IMG/VR virus record: IMGVR_UViG_3300021279_000046
Source: a virus
Length of the DNA: 24,966 bases
Reading direction: 5' to 3' (one strand)
Within the stretch, counting starts at the first letter, position 1. Every line of letters starts with the position of its first letter. The notes beneath the pieces were generated by a model. It searched no databases, was not told the DNA's origin, and saw only the letters and a list, made by a program, of their open reading frames with translations. The translations under genes were made by a program, and so were the position numbers. Below are positions 20,151 through 24,966 of the stretch, piece by piece.

Positions 20151-21653
20151 ATGGCAAAAGAAAACACAGCAGAAATTGGTTTTGAAAAAGAAATATGGGA
20201 AGCAGCAAATGAACTAAGAGGTTCAATGGATGCAGCGGAATATAAACATGTAGTATTAGGATTAATATTTCTCAAATACTTATCTGACAAATTTGAAGAA
20301 AGATACAATGAATTAAAAGCTGAAGGATATGGGGATGAAGAAGATATTGATGAATATACTGCTGAAGGAATATTCTTTGTTCCACCTGAAGCACGTTGGG
20401 AAGTAATAGCTAGTAAAGCACACACTAAAGAAAATGGTCAAACAATTGATGAAGCCATGATAGCTATTGAGAAAAAGAATGAATCCTTAAAAAATATTTT
20501 ACCTAAAACATTTTCTAAACCCGAATTAGATAAGAAAAAACTTGGAGCTGTAATAGATTTATTCTCTAATATTAAAATGTCCAGTCATGGCGATAAACAG
20601 GATATTTTAGGCAGAACTTATGAATATTGTTTGAGTATGTTTGCAGAAACCGAAGGTAAAAAAGCTGGAGAGTTTTATACTCCAGCATGTGTTGTAAAAA
20701 CTTTAGTTTCAGTCCTAAAACCATTTGATGGTAGGGTTTATGACCCTTGTTGTGGTTCTGGAGGAATGTTTGTACAATCAAAACAGTTTATAGATAATCA
20801 TCAGGGTAATATTGATAATTTATCAGTATTTGGTCAGGAATCAAATCCCACAACTTGGAAAATGGCTAAAATGAATCTTGCAATAAGAGGAATTGAGGCA
20901 GACCTTGGAGAACATCAAGCGGACACATTTATTGATGATTTGCATGATGAAATAAGAGCTGATTATGTATTAGCTAATCCACCATTCAACCTTAAAAAAT
21001 GGGGTCAAGAACAATTAACTGAAGATAAAAGATGGAAATATGGTCTTCCACCTAAAAACAATGCGAACTTCGCATGGATGCAACATATGATATATCATTT
21101 ATCAGAAAGAGGTAAAATCGGATTAGTATTAGCTAATGGATCTTTATCTTCAACAACTTCAGGTGAAGGAAAAATTAGACAAGCTATTGTAGAAGATGAT
21201 TTGGTAGAAGGAATTGTAGCATTACCAACACAACTATTTTACACTACGGGAATTCCAGTGTGTCTCTGGTTTTTAAACAAAAACAAAAAACAAAAAGGTA
21301 AAACATTATTTATTGATGCTCGTGAAATGGGAACAATGGTTTCAAGAAAACTACGTGAGTTAACTGATGAAGATATTGATTTAATTGCAGATACTTTCAC
21401 TAAATTTGAAGAAGGAACTCTTGAAGATGAAAAAGGATTTTGTAAAATAAGTGATTTAGAAGAAATTAAAAAACATGATTATATCTTAACTCCTGGAAGA
21501 TATGTGGGATTTAAACCTGAAGAAGATGATGGAATTCCATTTGAAGAAAAGATGAAAACATTAACTTCGGAGTTAAATGAATTGTTTAAAGAGTCTAATG
21601 AACTTGAAACTAAGATTCGTCAAAGCTTAAAGGAGATTGGTTTTGAATTCTAG
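20151..21653 (+). CDS. hsdM: Type I N6-adenine methyltransferase M subunit
   Basis: GEFYTP, DPCCGSGG (motif I), NPPF (motif IV), N-terminal W.AA..LRG.MDA.EYK. AGGAG RBS. Confidence 0.97.
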   Translation: MAKENTAEIGFEKEIWEAANELRGSMDAAEYKHVVLGLIFLKYLSDKFEERYNELKAEGYGDEEDIDEYTAEGIFFVPPEARWEVIASKAHTKENGQTIDEAMIAIEKKNESLKNILPKTFSKPELDKKKLGAVIDLFSNIKMSSHGDKQDILGRTYEYCLSMFAETEGKKAGEFYTPACVVKTLVSVLKPFDGRVYDPCCGSGGMFVQSKQFIDNHQGNIDNLSVFGQESNPTTWKMAKMNLAIRGIEADLGEHQADTFIDDLHDEIRADYVLANPPFNLKKWGQEQLTEDKRWKYGLPPKNNANFAWMQHMIYHLSERGKIGLVLANGSLSSTTSGEGKIRQAIVEDDLVEGIVALPTQLFYTTGIPVCLWFLNKNKKQKGKTLFIDAREMGTMVSRKLRELTDEDIDLIADTFTKFEEGTLEDEKGFCKISDLEEIKKHDYILTPGRYVGFKPEEDDGIPFEEKMKTLTSELNELFKESNELETKIRQSLKEIGFEF

Positions 21654-21691
21654 AATTAAATTTAGAATTTTAAGTTAAAGGAGTGATAAAT

Positions 21692-22924
21692 TTGAGTTTG
21701 AAATGGGAATCAAAATCATTTAGTGATCTTGTTGATATAATTGGCGGGGGAACTCCAAAAACATCTATTGATGAATATTGGAATGGAAACATTCCTTGGA
21801 TTTCAATAAAAGATTTCAATAGTGACCAAAAATATGTATTAAATACTGAAAAAACAATTACTGAAATGGGATTAAACAATAGTTCTACAAAATTATTAAA
21901 TAAGAATGATATTATTATTTCAGCAAGAGGAACTGTTGGTGAAGTTGCCATGATTAAATATGAAATGGCTTTCAACCAATCTTGTTATGGTCTTAAAGTT
22001 CATGATTTATTGGATAAAGATTTTGTTTATTATTTATTAAAATATAATATTAATAAATTAAAAAATATGGTTCATGGAGCAGTTTTTGATACAATTACTA
22101 CAAATACTTTTGATAATATAATTGTTAATGTTCCTCCACGAGAATATCAAGAAAAAATTAGTTATTTGCTATCCAACATTGATAATTTAATTGAAGTTAA
22201 AATCCATGAAAATAATCATTTAGAAGAGATAATCTTGGAAATATTTGATAGATGGTTTGTAAAATTTGAATTATCTACTGAATTGAAGCCATCTAAATTG
22301 GGATTAATTCCAAAAGGATGGAGTGTTGATTATTTAGGAAGTAAAAAATCATGCACAATTATTGGATCAGGAATCAAAAGTTTTGAGGATTCTAAAAGAT
22401 ATATTGCAACTGCAGATGTTGATAATTCAATTATAACAAATAATGAAAATTTAATCACAATGGAAAATAAACCTAGTAGGGCAAATATGCAACCCATACC
22501 AAAAAGTATTTGGTTTGCTAAAATGATTGATTCTAGGAAATTAATAATGGTTGATGAGTACTCTAATGATTTATTGGATAATTATATTTTTTCTACAGGA
22601 TTTTGTGGTTTGAAATGTGTTGATAAATATTTCTATTATTTATGGACATTTTTATTAACTGATGCATTTGACACGATTAAAAATAATTTTTGTACTGGAA
22701 CAACAATGCAAGCAATTAATAATAAAGATACTAAGTTAATAGAATTTGTTTTGCCAGATGATAATATATTAGTTCAATATAATTCAATTGCAGAACCTAT
22801 ATTTAAAGAAATATATTATAATAATGATGAAATCAAAAAATTACAAAAATTACGAGATACATTACTTCCAAAGTTAATGTCTGGAGAAATTGATGTTGCA
22901 GAAATAAATTATGATTTAGAATAA
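21692..22924 (+). CDS. hsdS: Type I specificity subunit, two TRDs (expressed copy)
   Basis: GGGTPKT...YWNGNIPW...ISARGTVG TRD1, central PP..EQ..I helix, IPKGW, TRD2, LRDTLLPKLMSGEIDV end. TTG 21692 fits the GGAGTGA RBS better than GTG 21683. Confidence 0.95.
   Translation: MSLKWESKSFSDLVDIIGGGTPKTSIDEYWNGNIPWISIKDFNSDQKYVLNTEKTITEMGLNNSSTKLLNKNDIIISARGTVGEVAMIKYEMAFNQSCYGLKVHDLLDKDFVYYLLKYNINKLKNMVHGAVFDTITTNTFDNIIVNVPPREYQEKISYLLSNIDNLIEVKIHENNHLEEIILEIFDRWFVKFELSTELKPSKLGLIPKGWSVDYLGSKKSCTIIGSGIKSFEDSKRYIATADVDNSIITNNENLITMENKPSRANMQPIPKSIWFAKMIDSRKLIMVDEYSNDLLDNYIFSTGFCGLKCVDKYFYYLWTFLLTDAFDTIKNNFCTGTTMQAINNKDTKLIEFVLPDDNILVQYNSIAEPIFKEIYYNNDEIKKLQKLRDTLLPKLMSGEIDVAEINYDLE
22211..22225 (+). 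repeat. Candidate crossover site A (central conserved region of hsdS1)
   Basis: AATAATCATTTAGAA. 13-bp perfect inverted match 22210-22222 / 24788-24800. Confidence 0.55.
22907..22921 (+). repeat. Candidate crossover site B (3' end of hsdS1)
   Basis: AATTATGATTTAGAA. 16-bp perfect inverted match 22902-22917 / 24126-24141. Confidence 0.55.
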
Positions 22925-23079
22925 CAGTACATCTGTTATTCTTCATTTTATATTTTTAATTTAAAAATAGTTATTTGTTCTTATTTTTCAAATTCAACAT
23001 TAATTCGAGCTTTATTTATATTTATAATAACAATGTTATATTTTTATTTTATAAAATTCCCAGTAATCTAAACAATAAT

Positions 23080-24066
23080 TTATCCAATAAATTTTCTATG
23101 AGCTAATTTAACATTACTTTGATTAACCATTGCATATTGCATAGTGGTATCAATTTGCACATGTCCAAGTAGTTTTTGCACTTGTTCAATAGGCATTCCT
23201 TTATCAATTGCATTGGTTGCCATTGTTCTTCTAAACTTATGGGGATGAACTTTATTAATATTACATTTTTTACCCAATTCACGTAATCTTATTTCAACTC
23301 CACTTATTCCTAATCTTTCATTAGGTTTATTTAATGAAACAAATAAGGCAGGATTTTCATCTTCTCTTGATTGTATATATTCCATTAAATGTATTTTCGT
23401 TCTAGCATCAAAATAAACTACTCGTTCACTTTCTCCTTTTCCAAAAACTATACATTCTCTTTCATAAAAATCTATATCACTAATATTTAATCTTACTAAT
23501 TCCCCAACTCTTATTCCAGTAGATGTTAATAATTCTACCATAGCTAAATCTCTAATTTCTTCACAATTATCTCGTAAGATCTCTAAATTTTCATCTGTTA
23601 AAACTTCTTTTACAACACGACCAGTTTTTACTCTATGTATTCTTCTAACTGGATTTTTAATAATATAATCTTCATCCTCTAACCATGAAAAGAAACTTGA
23701 AAATATTCTTCTAATATTATCGATAGTTGTCTTCGATAACCTTTTTTCATTTTTATAACTAAAAAGATATTTTCTTAAATCATCCGTATTAATATTGTAA
23801 ACTTGCTTTTTAATTTTCAATAACATTTTTTCAATTGTGGATTTGTAATATATGATTGTTTTATCAGAACATCCTTCTACTTGCTTAGCGGATAGAAAAA
23901 GATTCAGCAATTTAAAATTATCTGCTTCATTTAATTCATTATTATTATCTAGGATATCTACATCTTCTAATGAATTTAATAAAGAGTTTGTCAATTTTAT
24001 ATATTGGCCTTGATTTAAGTATGGTTTCATTTGATTTTGTATTTTTGAAATAATTTTTGTTTTCAT
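23080..24066 (-). CDS. Tyrosine recombinase (XerC/D-like) of the hsdS-associated type
   Basis: Catalytic set STGIRVGE (R), GKG (K), HKFRR (HxxR), LGH, TMQYA (Y). N-terminal SAM-like domain. GGAGG RBS. Confidence 0.95.
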   Translation of the reverse strand: MKTKIISKIQNQMKPYLNQGQYIKLTNSLLNSLEDVDILDNNNELNEADNFKLLNLFLSAKQVEGCSDKTIIYYKSTIEKMLLKIKKQVYNINTDDLRKYLFSYKNEKRLSKTTIDNIRRIFSSFFSWLEDEDYIIKNPVRRIHRVKTGRVVKEVLTDENLEILRDNCEEIRDLAMVELLTSTGIRVGELVRLNISDIDFYERECIVFGKGESERVVYFDARTKIHLMEYIQSREDENPALFVSLNKPNERLGISGVEIRLRELGKKCNINKVHPHKFRRTMATNAIDKGMPIEQVQKLLGHVQIDTTMQYAMVNQSNVKLAHRKFIG

Positions 24067-24966
24067 ATAAACGCCTCCATAAATAATTTAGAATAATTAA
24101 TATAAATTTTCTAATTATTTTTTTCAAATCATAATTTATTTTTGAGACATCTATCTCACCAGACATCAATTTAGGAAGTAAGGTATCCCTTAATTTTGAT
24201 AGGTTATTTATTTCATTTAAATTGTGATTAACCATACATACTAAATTAGATTCAATTGCATAATATTTATCTAAATATTCTTTAGGAGGTATATAAATCT
24301 CTTTTGAAAGCAATACTTTTTTATCAATGCCTTGACCCATACGAGATCCTGATTTTACAATATCATTAAAATAATTAGATGTATGTTTAATAAATAAATC
24401 TACATATCTAGGTTGAATACCTTTAATTTCAAATACAGGATATGCAGAACTCACACCCCCTATTTCATCGTACATTACTCCATATTGATACCCGGAACTA
24501 GGCATCCCAAATATTAAGTCATGTTTATGAATTATTTTAAATTTAGTGGTTTTTGCAGTAATCTTTTTATTATAAATATTTGCTCTAGGTTGAATGCCTT
24601 CTAATGTGACAGAAAACATTGGAATTTCTTGATTAGTTGACTTTTCATTTCGTTCATTGAGAACATCATTAAATAAACACAAATTCCATTCAGAAGGAAT
24701 GTTACCAAAAATTGTTTCTTTATAATTACCATTATAAAAATCAAAGTTGATGAAAAATGATTTAAACAAAATATCAATTTGATTTTGTAAATGATTATTT
24801 ATTTTTTTGTTTAATTCAATTTTTAAACTTAAATTATGTAATAAATAACTAATCTTCTTTTGTTCATCATATGGTGGGAAAAATATTGGTAATTTTGATA
24901 AAATGTTATTATTCAAACTTGCTCTTGTTGTCATAATAGCCATCGAATCAACATATTTTCTAAATA
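23945..24966 (-). CDS. hsdS: Second type I specificity subunit, inverted; 5' part outside the window; C-terminus extended by loss of stop
   Basis: PPYDEQKKISYLL...INNHL...IPSEW, TRD, LRDTLLPKLMSGEIDV. Frame is open from the window edge through ATG 24943. Homology ends near 24119. Confidence 0.88.
   Translation of the reverse strand, partial: FRKYVDSMAIMTTRASLNNNILSKLPIFFPPYDEQKKISYLLHNLSLKIELNKKINNHLQNQIDILFKSFFINFDFYNGNYKETIFGNIPSEWNLCLFNDVLNERNEKSTNQEIPMFSVTLEGIQPRANIYNKKITAKTTKFKIIHKHDLIFGMPSSGYQYGVMYDEIGGVSSAYPVFEIKGIQPRYVDLFIKHTSNYFNDIVKSGSRMGQGIDKKVLLSKEIYIPPKEYLDKYYAIESNLVCMVNHNLNEINNLSKLRDTLLPKLMSGEIDVSKINYDLKKIIRKFILIILNYLWRRLYENKNYFKNTKSNETILKSRPIYKIDKLFIKFIRRCRYPR
24122..24136 (-). 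repeat. Candidate crossover site C (3' end of hsdS2)
   Basis: Minus-strand AATTATGATTTGAAA, inverted partner of site B. Confidence 0.55.
24785..24799 (-). repeat. Candidate crossover site D (central region of hsdS2)
   Basis: Minus-strand AATAATCATTTACAA, inverted partner of site A. Confidence 0.55.

Noticed and set aside
23080-24066. The recombinase as the integrase of the virus-like module
   Set aside because: It is about 6.6 kb away behind the hsd operon, sits between two hsdS copies, and has the N-terminal pattern of hsdS-associated recombinases.

Overview
AT-rich, almost fully coding window that reads as a Methanobacteriales (Methanobrevibacter-like) chromosome segment. This is inferred from GGTGA/GAGGTG ribosome-binding sites, TTTATATA boxes, small paralogous winged-helix regulators and an SseB-family gene. 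It looks like an accessory/defence island next to the 5' end of a probable host membrane-protein gene (1-122, minus strand). Left part: Mrr-catalytic-domain endonuclease, then an SseB + ADP-ribosyltransferase-like + TPR protein. Middle part (about 3.7-16.4 kb): an intact-looking virus-head-related module with a portal-like gene and a prohead protease/scaffold-like gene. A ~450 bp hairpin array sits where a major capsid gene would normally be. Then come two paralogous winged-HTH genes bracketing a DUF2341-like protein, two head-decoration-like paralogues, two small 2-TM proteins, a GT-A glycosyltransferase, three Gly-X-Thr collagen-like fibre genes and two Ig/lectin-like tip genes. No major capsid protein, terminase, tail tube/sheath, endolysin, replication gene or proviral integrase is recognisable. 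Four of its units carry the same promoter box. A repeated fibre linker domain is split at the same point between consecutive genes. Right part: type I restriction-modification operon hsdR-hsdM-hsdS, followed by an oppositely oriented tyrosine recombinase and a second, inverted hsdS (runs off the window), with four related 15-bp candidate crossover sites, i.e. a probable hsdS shufflon. All family assignments are by motif recognition; no database search was run.
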